From Thermodiscus sp. (lineage in GTDB: Archaea > Thermoproteota > Thermoprotei_A > Sulfolobales > Acidilobaceae): a DNA stretch of 64,000 bases. Under the pieces are notes generated by a model. It did no database searches. It worked only from the letters and a program-made list of their open reading frames with translations, and was not told the DNA's origin. The translations under genes and the position numbers were made by a program. Location: the NCBI GenBank assembly GCA_015523485.1, contig WAKH01000004.1:1667-65666 (forward strand), written 5' to 3'. Numbering within the stretch: the stretch's first letter is position 1; each line of letters starts with the position of its first letter. Positions 9,866-19,756 of the stretch are shown here, one piece after another.

Positions 9866-10825
9866 TCATTCTTGGTTCAACTTAACTAGCTCGATCGGGG
9901 GGCTATAAGCTATAGCATACGCTCCGTAGAGAGACTGTTGTTCAAGAAATGATGATTCAATTACTTTGAAGCGTAGATGCCTTCCAGCGAACTTATCAAG
10001 GTATCTCTGAATCCCGTCTAGGATCACCTCTTTGTGCCTTGCAAATAAGCCACCCGATAGGTAGACTACCTCGGGATCGTATGTGGATGCAATGCTAGCG
10101 ATTCCGGCCGCGTGGATTTTGTTTAAATAATCAACTACATGTAGTGCAAACGCGTCTCCCTTCTTGGCATATTCGTAGATGTCTCCAGTAGTGATATCAC
10201 CATTCCTCGCCTTATGGTATAGTTCAGTATCAAAACTCGTCGACGATGCCAGCGTCTTGGCAGTTCTCGGTATCCATCTACCGCCCGCTAATGCTTCCCA
10301 GTGTCCAACTCCCCCGCACCCACATTCCAGCCCGGAATCCACGTCTACCACGATGTGCCCGATCTCATGTGCATTTCCATTGGACCCTATGAGTAGTCTC
10401 CCATCTACGATAACGCCCCCGCCAATGCCAGTGCCGATGGTTACCAGAACCGCGTTTTTTAGGTCTTGCTTGACCAGTGCTTTCTCAGCCCATATGCCAG
10501 CGACTCCGTCGTTTGCAATGATCACATGACGCGTGTATCTCTTCACAACATCCGTAACATGGACTCTATCCTGATCGATGTTTGGCGGTTTTTCAAGTAC
10601 CCCTTCCCGATAATTAATTGGTCCTGGTGCTGCTATCCCTGCCTTCGCAATATAGGAGATACCTGTCCTCCCGAGTAGTTTTCCTATAACTTGGTCGATC
10701 GTTTTCTCGACGTTTGAGCGCGGCGTCCTTGCTCGTTCAACGTCTATGATTTCTCCGCGGTGATCAAATACTGCGGCAATGATCTTAGAGGCTCCTATAT
10801 CGAGGGCTAAAATGTAATCCGCCAT
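9866..10825 (-). CDS. ROK-family sugar kinase (glucokinase-like)
   Basis: ALDIGAS, ANDG, IGTGIGGG, EIGH and CGCGGVGHWE; start moved to ATG 10825 to avoid head-to-head overlap. Confidence 0.9.
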   Translation of the reverse strand: MADYILALDIGASKIIAAVFDHRGEIIDVERARTPRSNVEKTIDQVIGKLLGRTGISYIAKAGIAAPGPINYREGVLEKPPNIDQDRVHVTDVVKRYTRHVIIANDGVAGIWAEKALVKQDLKNAVLVTIGTGIGGGVIVDGRLLIGSNGNAHEIGHIVVDVDSGLECGCGGVGHWEALAGGRWIPRTAKTLASSTSFDTELYHKARNGDITTGDIYEYAKKGDAFALHVVDYLNKIHAAGIASIASTYDPEVVYLSGGLFARHKEVILDGIQRYLDKFAGRHLRFKVIESSFLEQQSLYGAYAIAYSPPIELVKLNQE

Positions 10826-10891
10826 AACCCAAACACCTTTAACTATTATATCGAAGCCAGTCCGAGTAATAAGTGACTGCCCAGGTGATAA

Positions 10892-11596
10892 TTGTTGGCT
10901 AGCCACATCATAGTAAAACCAGGAGATATCGCTGAGAGTGTTGTAGCGGTCGGTGATCCGGGAAGGGCTACCCTCTTATCTCACTTACTGGACAATCCTA
11001 GACTCGTGAACGACAATCGGGGATTACTCGTTTATACGGGTGAATGGAGAGGTCGCAAAATAACAATTGCAACTCATGGCATGGGAGCGCCTTCAGCCGC
11101 GATAGTCTTCGAAGAGCTGGTGAAATCCGGGGCTAGAAGAATCGTGCGCTTCGGTACAGCTGGAGGAGTCGGTTCAAAAGTCGCGCCCGGCACAGTTGTA
11201 GTAGCAGACTCCGCGTCGGCGCTTATCGGGGGATGCGGTCTCGGTCAATATTTCAATGGTTTTATTCCTCCTATGGCGCCATCAATCGATTTGACAACCA
11301 AGTTGGTCGAGAAAATACGCGAGATGGAGACGGTGCATGTGGGACCCGTGTTCTGCAGTGATGCCTTCTACTCGGAAGACGAAGGGCTGGCTGGTAAGCT
11401 AGAGGAGCTGGGTGTCATAGCAATAGAGATGGAGACGGCTATATTGTACGCACTTGGCAAAGCAAGAGGGTTTGAGGCCTCCTCTGTATTGATAATAACT
11501 AACAGAATAGGTTCTACGGAATTCATCGACAAGGAGACCTTAACGAGGAAGGTGAAAAGTATAGCGCCAGCTATCTTCGACTCAATAATCGAGTAA
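10892..11596 (+). CDS. Purine nucleoside / MTA phosphorylase (PNP-UDP family)
   Basis: VGDPGRA, THGMGAPS, RFGTAGG, SDAFY and IEME. Confidence 0.9.
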   Translation: MLASHIIVKPGDIAESVVAVGDPGRATLLSHLLDNPRLVNDNRGLLVYTGEWRGRKITIATHGMGAPSAAIVFEELVKSGARRIVRFGTAGGVGSKVAPGTVVVADSASALIGGCGLGQYFNGFIPPMAPSIDLTTKLVEKIREMETVHVGPVFCSDAFYSEDEGLAGKLEELGVIAIEMETAILYALGKARGFEASSVLIITNRIGSTEFIDKETLTRKVKSIAPAIFDSIIE

Positions 11597-12487
11597 TAGA
11601 GAGTCGGTGTGCAAGAGTCTCCTATCACTAATGTGCAGGATTCGCCCAGCACCTTCATCTTCTAATATCAAATGGCCTCCCCAGTATCCCGTTATTGTGA
11701 ATGTCTTGCCAGCTATGTTCTCTGGCTTGGCCTCCGGCATCTCCAATACGACACGTTGTTTCGAACTCACTACCCTGACTAGTTCCCCGCTCCAATCGAT
11801 TCCGACGGTTTTCGATATTCTCTCAGCTGCATTGCTGATTAGTGCTGCTACTTTGGGTAAATACACCTTCTTTGGTCGCCTCGACTTTACTTGTGATGCC
11901 AGGTTTTTCTTGCTTATTTGTATTTCCAGTTTACGTGCTTCGTATAGGCTGTCGACTACGTGTAGGATTGTAGCGATGTTATGCGCTTGTTCTGCGAGGC
12001 GCTCGTAGAATCTGAACTCCCTTGTTACACCAACCTTAACTCTTCCAGCACCAGCATCTGTTAGGTAAACGACGTAGTTTGTCCGACCCATGCTGTCAAT
12101 CTTCTTGCATATCTCTAGTGAATTGTGAGAGTGCGTGCTTATGCATAATTCGTAAAGAGCACGTATACTCCTCTTATGTTGTCTGCAGTAGGAATCGGTT
12201 TGTACAACGCAGTATAGTCTTTTCCACGGTTCGTCTTTCTGCCATAGCGGTCCGTCATGCCATCTACAATATGGCCTCCAGGGTAGGGGTGCTAACCTTA
12301 TTCTCTTATCTACGCCTTTGAACGCATCAGGTTGATCGAGTCTCTGTAGAACTAGATAGTCAGGCTCCACAATGTATTCCTTTATCGTCCATGTTTCTTT
12401 GCCAAGCAATCCACTGTACTCGAGGTCTAAGTCCCTATGCTTTGTTATCTTTTTCTGAACTAGTCTTAGAATCGCTCTATTACTCAA
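11582..12487 (-). CDS. DUF2797-like protein
   Basis: Cys/His-rich N-half followed by YVVYL...KVGVTR...RLAEQA and LE motif; C-terminal GYWG. Confidence 0.65.
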   Translation of the reverse strand: MSNRAILRLVQKKITKHRDLDLEYSGLLGKETWTIKEYIVEPDYLVLQRLDQPDAFKGVDKRIRLAPLPWRPYCRWHDGPLWQKDEPWKRLYCVVQTDSYCRQHKRSIRALYELCISTHSHNSLEICKKIDSMGRTNYVVYLTDAGAGRVKVGVTREFRFYERLAEQAHNIATILHVVDSLYEARKLEIQISKKNLASQVKSRRPKKVYLPKVAALISNAAERISKTVGIDWSGELVRVVSSKQRVVLEMPEAKPENIAGKTFTITGYWGGHLILEDEGAGRILHISDRRLLHTDSLLLDY

Positions 12488-13400
12488 GACTAAGCACCCT
12501 CTCTATTAAAGTACTGCCGATATCATGATACTCTTGAAGAGCCTTTATAGGAATCCATTCGAGACCCGTCTGGCGTGTCTTCTCGTAATAGTACTCGTAT
12601 AATATCCTCGCTAAATATAATGTATTTAATACATTTAAGTTAATACCTGAAGTGTTATAGGCAATAAATAATTCATTCACTAATAATTTTTTCAAATACT
12701 CCTTTTCAAAGAATATAACATGGGACATTTCAACAGCATACTCTATGCTACGAATTAATGATGCAATATCGTATTCGAGGCAAACGGGATCATTGATATC
12801 TGGCTCACCGCCTGGATCTAAAAAGTAAACCTTGTCGCCCAACACTATCTGGTATAGGTGGAGGTCGCCATGACCTGATACTCTCTCACAATCTTGAACC
12901 TCATATACGTAATTCACTAGCCTACTACATACATAGTTCACAAGGCGAAGCTCCCATCCCTGAGCAACTCTACGGGCCAGCTGACACCTTTCATTAACCG
13001 TCCGCTTTAAAGATGCAGGCGTTATTTTACTACTGCATTTTCTAAGGTTATCGTGGAAATCTCTAAGAGCCTCTCCTATCGATCTTACCAGGTTAATAGA
13101 ACCGTGGAAATCGCCTAGTGACAGTCTATATATCAACTCGTCAGCTGCAACTAGGCCTTCCACCATTTCAACGCATAAACTATCTGGTCCGATATAGAGT
13201 AGCTTTAAGCTCGGTACATGTTTGCTGCATCTACTGTAGTAATCTATGTATGAATCAATTAGGCTCGACTCGATATCGTAGAGGAGGATTATTTTATCGT
13301 TCTTCATGTGAATAATGATTCCTTTCTTATTTTCGGCAAGGATTGGTTCTATGTAATCATATTTGCCTGTGAGCGTGAGGTACTGGTATAGTGGGTTCAT
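12480..13400 (-). CDS. APH/maltokinase-like phosphotransferase
   Basis: HGDLHLYQI catalytic loop, DPGGEP, DIASLIRSIEYA, YEYYYE...WIP; AT-rich. Confidence 0.7.
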   Translation of the reverse strand: MNPLYQYLTLTGKYDYIEPILAENKKGIIIHMKNDKIILLYDIESSLIDSYIDYYSRCSKHVPSLKLLYIGPDSLCVEMVEGLVAADELIYRLSLGDFHGSINLVRSIGEALRDFHDNLRKCSSKITPASLKRTVNERCQLARRVAQGWELRLVNYVCSRLVNYVYEVQDCERVSGHGDLHLYQIVLGDKVYFLDPGGEPDINDPVCLEYDIASLIRSIEYAVEMSHVIFFEKEYLKKLLVNELFIAYNTSGINLNVLNTLYLARILYEYYYEKTRQTGLEWIPIKALQEYHDIGSTLIERVLSLE

Positions 13401-13440
13401 TGCTCTAACCCTTGAATTTGTTAATACTTTGTACTCTCGA

Positions 13441-14001
13441 GTGGATAAGTGTCTTAGATGCCATAATTACAGTGTGGGTAGAGTCATGAAGCGTTGCCCC
13501 CTCTGTGGCCGTATACTTACAAGGTTGCGTAAGGATAGCAATGAGATTGTAATTCGGGGCTTATGCCCCGAAGATCGGGATAAGCTTATCAGGTTCTATG
13601 AGCAATTATCTGATGAGACCATCTATACCCGCTTCTTCTCGATCATTCGGTACTTTGACCCTTATGTTGATAAGCTTGTTTCATCTAGCGGTATACTTGC
13701 TATTGTGGCTGAGGAAGCTTCCTCGGGCGAGATAGTAGGCGTTGCTGAGCTCGTATTGGATAAAGAAGGCAGAGCTGAAGGCGGCATAATCGTGCTTGAA
13801 CGGATGCAAGGGAAAGGGATAGGTACCGCAATGGCTCTTTCCATGAAAGAATTAGCTAAAGAATACGGGATAAGGAAAGTCTATGGCTACATTCTGGCGG
13901 ATAACATTAAGGCATTGAGGCTAGTTAAGAAGCTAGGTGGGAGGCCGAAGAGCTACTACTCCTCTATGATATATGTCGAGATCCCTGTCGAGGATGGTTA
14001 A
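13441..14001 (+). CDS. GNAT acetyltransferase, Pat-like (start GTG 13441 or ATG 13486)
   Basis: LSDETIYTRFF, QGKGIGT acetyl-CoA motif, NIKALRLVKKLG. Confidence 0.82.
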   Translation: MDKCLRCHNYSVGRVMKRCPLCGRILTRLRKDSNEIVIRGLCPEDRDKLIRFYEQLSDETIYTRFFSIIRYFDPYVDKLVSSSGILAIVAEEASSGEIVGVAELVLDKEGRAEGGIIVLERMQGKGIGTAMALSMKELAKEYGIRKVYGYILADNIKALRLVKKLGGRPKSYYSSMIYVEIPVEDG

Positions 14002-14855
14002 CTGCATAGACCCTCTCTACCAAATATGTCCTTTAGCCTACCCTTCGTGTACGCGTAGACGTTGTGGGGATGTATTGATTCTAAGCTCAACACTTCAACC
14101 TCAATTATTGACTCCTCTGATATCGATCCGGCTAAGTCCCTAGCGATATTGCAAATAGATTCCCTCGCTATATCCTCCGCGAATTTTGGCCGTCTGTGTG
14201 CCTCTATCACCAGCCTCGCTTCCTGCTCCCTTTTCAGCATAGTGAATGCTGGTGCAGAGAAGCTCTTTGCTATGGCATTGGCGATTCTCTCAATCCTAAC
14301 CATCTCGCCAGTTGTAGTTACACGTCCTGAGACTAGGACTCTCTGCACGTGACTTGGCGTTAGCTTGCTTTCTCCAATAATGGATTCTATTGTTGACTGC
14401 GCGCTTGGGCATACACTCATACCTGCTACTGTTACTGAAACGGTCCAAAGCCTTGTGCCCTCTCTGCTCTTGCGCACTAGTATGTCAACATCAACTGGCT
14501 CGCGTCCTGTGATGTCATTGAATGATAGGTCTATGTAGTATGTGGTTCTCGCTCTTGCTTCAGCGTGGGAGGCGTAGTCATGCAGCTTTAGGAGGCGGGT
14601 TGCGACCATCTCTAGATACTCTTCGATACTATGGGCATCTGAAGGCGTGAGGAGTTCTGATACGGAGAGTGCTTCTATGTTTCTGGAAAGGTGGGCGCCC
14701 CGTCTGTCTCCGTCAATTGCTACTGTGACGTCCATGTTTAGGTCTAGTATGATCTCTCCTTTTGGGGTTTTCAGGTTGATCCTATGTTTTATGTTTTTAA
14801 ATCCTATTTTTTCTAGTGGTATTCTTAGTGTCGGTTCGAGGTCTTGTATTTCCAT
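13998..14855 (-). CDS. mptA: GTP cyclohydrolase IV / FolE2 family (MptA)
   Basis: RGAHLSR, GMSVCPSA, SHVQR, KREQE, PKFAED and ESIHPHN. Confidence 0.88.
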   Translation of the reverse strand: MEIQDLEPTLRIPLEKIGFKNIKHRINLKTPKGEIILDLNMDVTVAIDGDRRGAHLSRNIEALSVSELLTPSDAHSIEEYLEMVATRLLKLHDYASHAEARARTTYYIDLSFNDITGREPVDVDILVRKSREGTRLWTVSVTVAGMSVCPSAQSTIESIIGESKLTPSHVQRVLVSGRVTTTGEMVRIERIANAIAKSFSAPAFTMLKREQEARLVIEAHRRPKFAEDIARESICNIARDLAGSISEESIIEVEVLSLESIHPHNVYAYTKGRLKDIFGREGLCS

Positions 14856-16486
14856 CTCGCTAACACCTCAACGTCGAGATCTGCTACGGCTATTGGGAAG
14901 GATATCTCTAGCTTCTCGAGGATCTCCGGGTTGACCTCACCCATTATCGCTAATTCCTCACCGTTGCTTGTGAGTAGTCTTGCTGCCCTACCCGTAATGA
15001 ATACTGGGTGGCTAGTTGGCTCCACTTTGAAATCGACATCCAGTATTCGGAGTATTGAGTATACTGATGCCTGTATGTCCTCATAACCTACCTCATCATC
15101 CATTATCAGTAGAGCCATGTGTAAGTGGTCTGTGGGCGGTGATCCTGGCTTAACTATCATTCCAATCTCGAATACCTTGACCGGCTTCCTAGCGTGTACG
15201 TTTTTAGCTGCAACTGACAGTAGTGACGGTATTAAGCTGGGTCTCAGCGCACTGTACTCGTATTGTACGGGATTCAGTATCTCCACTCTCTCATGGAAGT
15301 GAGTATAGTCGAGTAATTTTGGACTTATCAGTGTCAACTGGGTTACCTCTGTAAAGCCTAGGCCAATTGCTAGTTCCCTTAGAACTCGTGAGAGCCTTGA
15401 CTCGGGGAGTAGTTTACCGGGGCTTTCAACGACTGGTCTGTTGAATCCGAGGCTTTCATAGCCTAGAGCTATGGCTATATCCTCTATCAAGTCTACCTCG
15501 CGAATTATGTCTACTCTGAAGGGTGCAGGAGTCACAATTATCGAGTTCTCCTCGATAGTAACGTTGTGGAGCGTTCTCCCAAGGCTATCTGTTATGGATT
15601 CCAGGGATAGCTCTAATCCTAGGGTTTGTGTGACTAGTTGCCTTGTGATTCTTAGCGTCTTTGTTGTGAGTAATGGTGTTGTAACTTCTCCTTGTGGGGT
15701 GTAGATTTTGATACTCCCTATGTATGCTCCTTCTCGCTCGGTTAGGGCAGTGACAATAATGTCTAGAACCTTGTTAACGGTTTCTCTATGTGTTCCTGTT
15801 ACGTCTATGAATACGTGTTTGGTTCCTGGCTCGAGTCTGGTCACGTTAGAGTTGATTACTGGTGGGATGGCTATTATCTCCTCTCCAGAGTATAGTGCCG
15901 GGTGGGTCCCTCTATCCGTATTTAGGGATATGTTGCCGTATTTTTGACCTTGAGTTGTATTTTCTAATACTTGCCTTATAGAGTATCTCCTTGTATCATC
16001 TAGTGGGATCATGTCTGCGTCTAGCGACTCGTCTATATAGCGGAGATTCTTGCTAGGTAATTTGTCAAGATCGTGGATTCCTATTGCTACCTTACGCCGT
16101 CTCCTACCTATAGTGTCGTGTAGCTTCTCCTGGAATTGAATTAGCTCCTCCAAGAAGTCTTCATCTATATTGACATTGTACACGATAGCTGCTGCAATAT
16201 AGGGCCTAGTTGATGGCGGTCTTACTTCGAGAGAGTAACCGGAATCTATAATCTTCGGTTTCTTCCATCCTTTCCTTTTGCCTTGTAGCCCGTTTATGGC
16301 TCTAGCTAGGCCTTCGCTTATGTAGAGGTCTGGCCTATCAGGGTTTATCTCGACCTCGAGATCTTCATCTATAAGCTCGCTCTCACATTTTAGCTTGAAG
16401 AGTGTTTCCATTATTTCATCGAGGCTTAGCCCTGTTAGCTTTATTAGTTTCTCGGGTTTGAATCTTAATACGGGCATTCTTATCAC
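14825..16486 (-). CDS. pheT: Phenylalanine--tRNA ligase beta subunit
   Basis: NPDRPDL, QEKLH...RRKVAIGIHD, RVDIIREVDLIED, LRPSLIPSLL. Confidence 0.96.
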   Translation of the reverse strand: MIRMPVLRFKPEKLIKLTGLSLDEIMETLFKLKCESELIDEDLEVEINPDRPDLYISEGLARAINGLQGKRKGWKKPKIIDSGYSLEVRPPSTRPYIAAAIVYNVNIDEDFLEELIQFQEKLHDTIGRRRRKVAIGIHDLDKLPSKNLRYIDESLDADMIPLDDTRRYSIRQVLENTTQGQKYGNISLNTDRGTHPALYSGEEIIAIPPVINSNVTRLEPGTKHVFIDVTGTHRETVNKVLDIIVTALTEREGAYIGSIKIYTPQGEVTTPLLTTKTLRITRQLVTQTLGLELSLESITDSLGRTLHNVTIEENSIIVTPAPFRVDIIREVDLIEDIAIALGYESLGFNRPVVESPGKLLPESRLSRVLRELAIGLGFTEVTQLTLISPKLLDYTHFHERVEILNPVQYEYSALRPSLIPSLLSVAAKNVHARKPVKVFEIGMIVKPGSPPTDHLHMALLIMDDEVGYEDIQASVYSILRILDVDFKVEPTSHPVFITGRAARLLTSNGEELAIMGEVNPEILEKLEISFPIAVADLDVEVLARWKYKTSNRH

Positions 16487-16487
16487 C

Positions 16488-17951
16488 TTAGATTAATTTA
16501 ATTTTGAAATTAAGTATTTTTCCTATGTCCCGCGTGTATAGGTCTCTGATATCAGTTATTCCCAGTACTGCGGCGGCGAATCTCTCGACTCCAAAACCCC
16601 AGGCACCTACAGGGTAATCTACGCCCGCAGCCTCCAATACTTCTGGCCTGAACAGGCCTGCTCCGAACAGCTCAAGCCATTTACCGTTGGGGAGTTGAAC
16701 GTAACCCTCCACGCTTGGTTCTGTGAAGGGGAAGTAGCCTGGTTTGAGTTTGAGTTTAAGGCCTAGTCTCCTAGCTACTTCCTCTAGTATGCCGATAAGG
16801 TCTCTGAAGGTGTAGCCGGGCCAACCCATTATCCCATCCAATTGGTGGAATTCGGGTAGGTGAGTGGCATCGACTACGTCGCTCCTGTATACTCTACCTA
16901 TGGTGAAGAATCTTATCGGGGGTTCTGGCTGTTGGGTGAGTACTCTTGCTGAAACGCTCGTGGTTTGGCTTCTCAGTAGGAGCCTCGCTGCTATCTCTGG
17001 ATTCCACTTGTAACCCCAGCCTTCTTCGTGTATTTTTGCAACACGTTCGACTACATCCTTGTACTCTGTTAGGTCGGCTCTACGTGGTTCTTTTATCCAA
17101 AGCGTGTCATGAATCTCTCGCGCAGGGTGATCTTGGGCTTGGAATAGGACATCGAAATTGAATAGCTCCATTTCAACGATTGGTCCTCTTACCTCAATGA
17201 ATCCAAGCTCTTTCATTATATCTCTTAGCATCTCTATGAATTCGACTAGGAAGTGTTTTCGGGCCGGATATATTCTCGGGGGTTCAGCTGATACGTCATA
17301 TGCTCTAAGCGCGACACGCCTCCATAAACCTGACGATATTAAGTTTGATGATAGCTTTGCTACTTCAACAACTGACTTTTCAAGTATCTTGTTTGGGGAG
17401 ACATTCAACTTGAACCTCATTCTTTTAATCTTCTTAATTTTTATTAAGCCTCTCTTTACTAGTTCTCCGGGAGGCTCGAAGGAGGGGTCCTCCCTTACCT
17501 TACGTAGCGCGGATCTTAGCTCGTCTAGGTCATCTAGTATCTTTTTTGGATCACCACTAAGCATAACAGTATTTCCTTCTATCGTTATGAAACCTTTTCT
17601 CTTGGCCTGGCCAATAGCGATACCGGACTCGTTGCCTAGCTCGGCTCTTATAGTATTGATGTCGAGACTACCGTTATGCTCGATTAACAGTTTAACTAGC
17701 TTTTCCTCAGGAAGACCTTCTTCTAGGGCTTTCAAGCCCTTATCTGTCAGGTGTGCTAATGACTCGATTTCTTCATCTATCTTAGCTAAACCTTTGCTGG
17801 AGAGAAGCATGATTAGACTGGCTAGCGAGGTTTTCTCTACATTGAGCTTTTCGGCTGCTTCTTCGATATAACCCTCTGTTACGCCCTTTTCCTGCATTTT
17901 CTTTAGTAGTTCATATTCGCTTTTACTTAGCCGGTATACTTGCTCGGCCAA
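16488..17951 (-). CDS. pheS: Phenylalanine--tRNA ligase alpha subunit
   Basis: NFDVLFQAQDHPARE, LRSQTT, DATHLPEFHQ, YFPFTEPS, GFGVER. Confidence 0.96.
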   Translation of the reverse strand: MAEQVYRLSKSEYELLKKMQEKGVTEGYIEEAAEKLNVEKTSLASLIMLLSSKGLAKIDEEIESLAHLTDKGLKALEEGLPEEKLVKLLIEHNGSLDINTIRAELGNESGIAIGQAKRKGFITIEGNTVMLSGDPKKILDDLDELRSALRKVREDPSFEPPGELVKRGLIKIKKIKRMRFKLNVSPNKILEKSVVEVAKLSSNLISSGLWRRVALRAYDVSAEPPRIYPARKHFLVEFIEMLRDIMKELGFIEVRGPIVEMELFNFDVLFQAQDHPAREIHDTLWIKEPRRADLTEYKDVVERVAKIHEEGWGYKWNPEIAARLLLRSQTTSVSARVLTQQPEPPIRFFTIGRVYRSDVVDATHLPEFHQLDGIMGWPGYTFRDLIGILEEVARRLGLKLKLKPGYFPFTEPSVEGYVQLPNGKWLELFGAGLFRPEVLEAAGVDYPVGAWGFGVERFAAAVLGITDIRDLYTRDIGKILNFKIKLI

Positions 17952-18031
17952 TGTAGTCCTTCCCTAACTCTTAAGGAGGATGTGGAAGAATTAAGGCTTG
18001 TACGTCTCGTGATCATAACTATTAAAAGATG

Positions 18032-19735
18032 TTATTTATGAGATAATATTGCGATGTACTCGTCACCGCTTATTTGATCTAGTCTAATGAAGCCGAACCT
18101 AAAGAGCTGTAGACGGGCGTCTATCTTGTACTCTCTGATTGCTGATTCGATATAGCCGTCATAAATTCTGAACTCTAGTCCCTGCGGCTCCATAACCTTT
18201 AGCTTGACTGATTTACTGGCTGGAACCCACTGGATTATTGGTAGCTTCCTTTGCCGGGCATAGTCTAACTCTACATTGATAAGCTTGGCGGCTCCGTTCT
18301 CTATGGAGAAGTTTCCTAACCCCATTAAACGTATATCGCGTCTATCTAGATCGTTCTTATTGACTAGTATTTTCTCTCTAGGACATACTTGTATCTCCCT
18401 TTTCCTCTCGGGCCTGTCGGGGTGATATGGTATACTGGCAGTCATGCATTCGTTTATATCTAGGGTGATCTCGACTGGGTCCCACACGAACATTAACCTA
18501 TCTGCTATTGGGTCAAGTATCTTCCTGTTTGTGGCGGCAAGGTTGTCCCAGCTTATTTTTGCGTCTCCACGCTTTATGCCAACTTCTAGTATTAGCTGGC
18601 GGATTGCTTCAGGAAGGATTCCTCTCCTTCTTAATCCGGCGATTGTCCCGAATCTTGGGTCGTCGAAGCCCATGAATTTATCCGGGTTCTCCTCCATTAG
18701 ACTCCTGATGTAGCTTTTACTCATGATGAATCCTTCTAGTTTCAGCCTTCCAAAATGTATGAACTCGGGTGGATCCCAGTTCATACACCTGTATACGTAT
18801 AATTGTTTTTCGGTGTTTACCTGGTGTTCTTTTCCACGTAACACGTGTGTTACGCCCATCATGTGGTCGTCGACACTAACAGCGAAGTTATAGGTGGGCC
18901 ATACCACGTATTTTGAGCCTACGAGAGGGTGAGGGTAACGCTCGGTATCTATGATCCTAAAGGCGACCCAATCCCTGACGCTTGGGTTGGGATGACTTAG
19001 ATCGGTCTTCATTCTTACAACGGCTTCTCCTTCGCCATAGTAGCCCTCCAGCATCTTATCAAACTGTTCAAGCTGCCATTCAACACTGTTGTTCCTCGTT
19101 TCACAGGATTTGCCTGCTCTAAGTAGTTCTCTGGATTTCTCCTTGCATAGGTCGATATAGGCACATCCCCGCTTAATGACTTCGCGAGCTACATCGTAGA
19201 ATATCTCAATCCTCTGACTCTGAATGTATTCTTCATGCCATACAACGTTTAACCATCTTAGATCTTCTTTTATGAGGTCGTAAGCCTCTATCATCGGTCT
19301 TTTGGTTCTGGGATCGGTATCCTCGAATCTTAGTATCATTCTGCCTTTGTACATCTTAGCGTATTCGTCGCTTAGGATCGCTGGCCTCGCATTACCTAGG
19401 TGAATAACGAAGTCTGGATTAGGCGCGAATCGGGTGACCACTTTTCCTTCGACTGCATTAGGTAGTGGGGGTAGGGTTTTCTCCTCCTTCTTTTCCTTTT
19501 CTTCACGTAGTAGCCACTCGTACTCTTCTTCGAGTATCCTTTTCTGCTCTGATAGTGGTAGTTTATTTATTTCATTGACGTATTTTTGGACGAGCTTCAC
19601 TACTTCTTTCGCTCGCGGTTTCAAGTCAGGGTTGTCTCCTAGTATCATGGACATTACACTACCTACTCGTGCTTGACCGCCATGTCTCACCGCGTTCTTC
19701 AATACGTAGCCCTTCACCAGCTTTTCTAGGTTCAA
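18032..19735 (-). CDS. gltX: Glutamate--tRNA ligase
   Basis: RFAPNP..HLG, RFEDTDP, THVLRGKEH, MSKS. Confidence 0.96.
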   Translation of the reverse strand: MNLEKLVKGYVLKNAVRHGGQARVGSVMSMILGDNPDLKPRAKEVVKLVQKYVNEINKLPLSEQKRILEEEYEWLLREEKEKKEEKTLPPLPNAVEGKVVTRFAPNPDFVIHLGNARPAILSDEYAKMYKGRMILRFEDTDPRTKRPMIEAYDLIKEDLRWLNVVWHEEYIQSQRIEIFYDVAREVIKRGCAYIDLCKEKSRELLRAGKSCETRNNSVEWQLEQFDKMLEGYYGEGEAVVRMKTDLSHPNPSVRDWVAFRIIDTERYPHPLVGSKYVVWPTYNFAVSVDDHMMGVTHVLRGKEHQVNTEKQLYVYRCMNWDPPEFIHFGRLKLEGFIMSKSYIRSLMEENPDKFMGFDDPRFGTIAGLRRRGILPEAIRQLILEVGIKRGDAKISWDNLAATNRKILDPIADRLMFVWDPVEITLDINECMTASIPYHPDRPERKREIQVCPREKILVNKNDLDRRDIRLMGLGNFSIENGAAKLINVELDYARQRKLPIIQWVPASKSVKLKVMEPQGLEFRIYDGYIESAIREYKIDARLQLFRFGFIRLDQISGDEYIAILSHK

Positions 19736-19756
19736 ATCTTCTGACCCCCTGGAAAC

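Noticed and set aside
10826..10906. N-terminal extension of the ROK kinase overlapping the PNP start
   Set aside because: Longest-ORF artefact; ATG 10825 gives a normal N-terminus and leaves a divergent promoter gap
17158..17871. 237-aa plus-strand ORF, and many similar Ser/Leu/Phe-rich antisense ORFs across the window
   Set aside because: Shadow frames of well-supported genes on the opposite strand; no motifs
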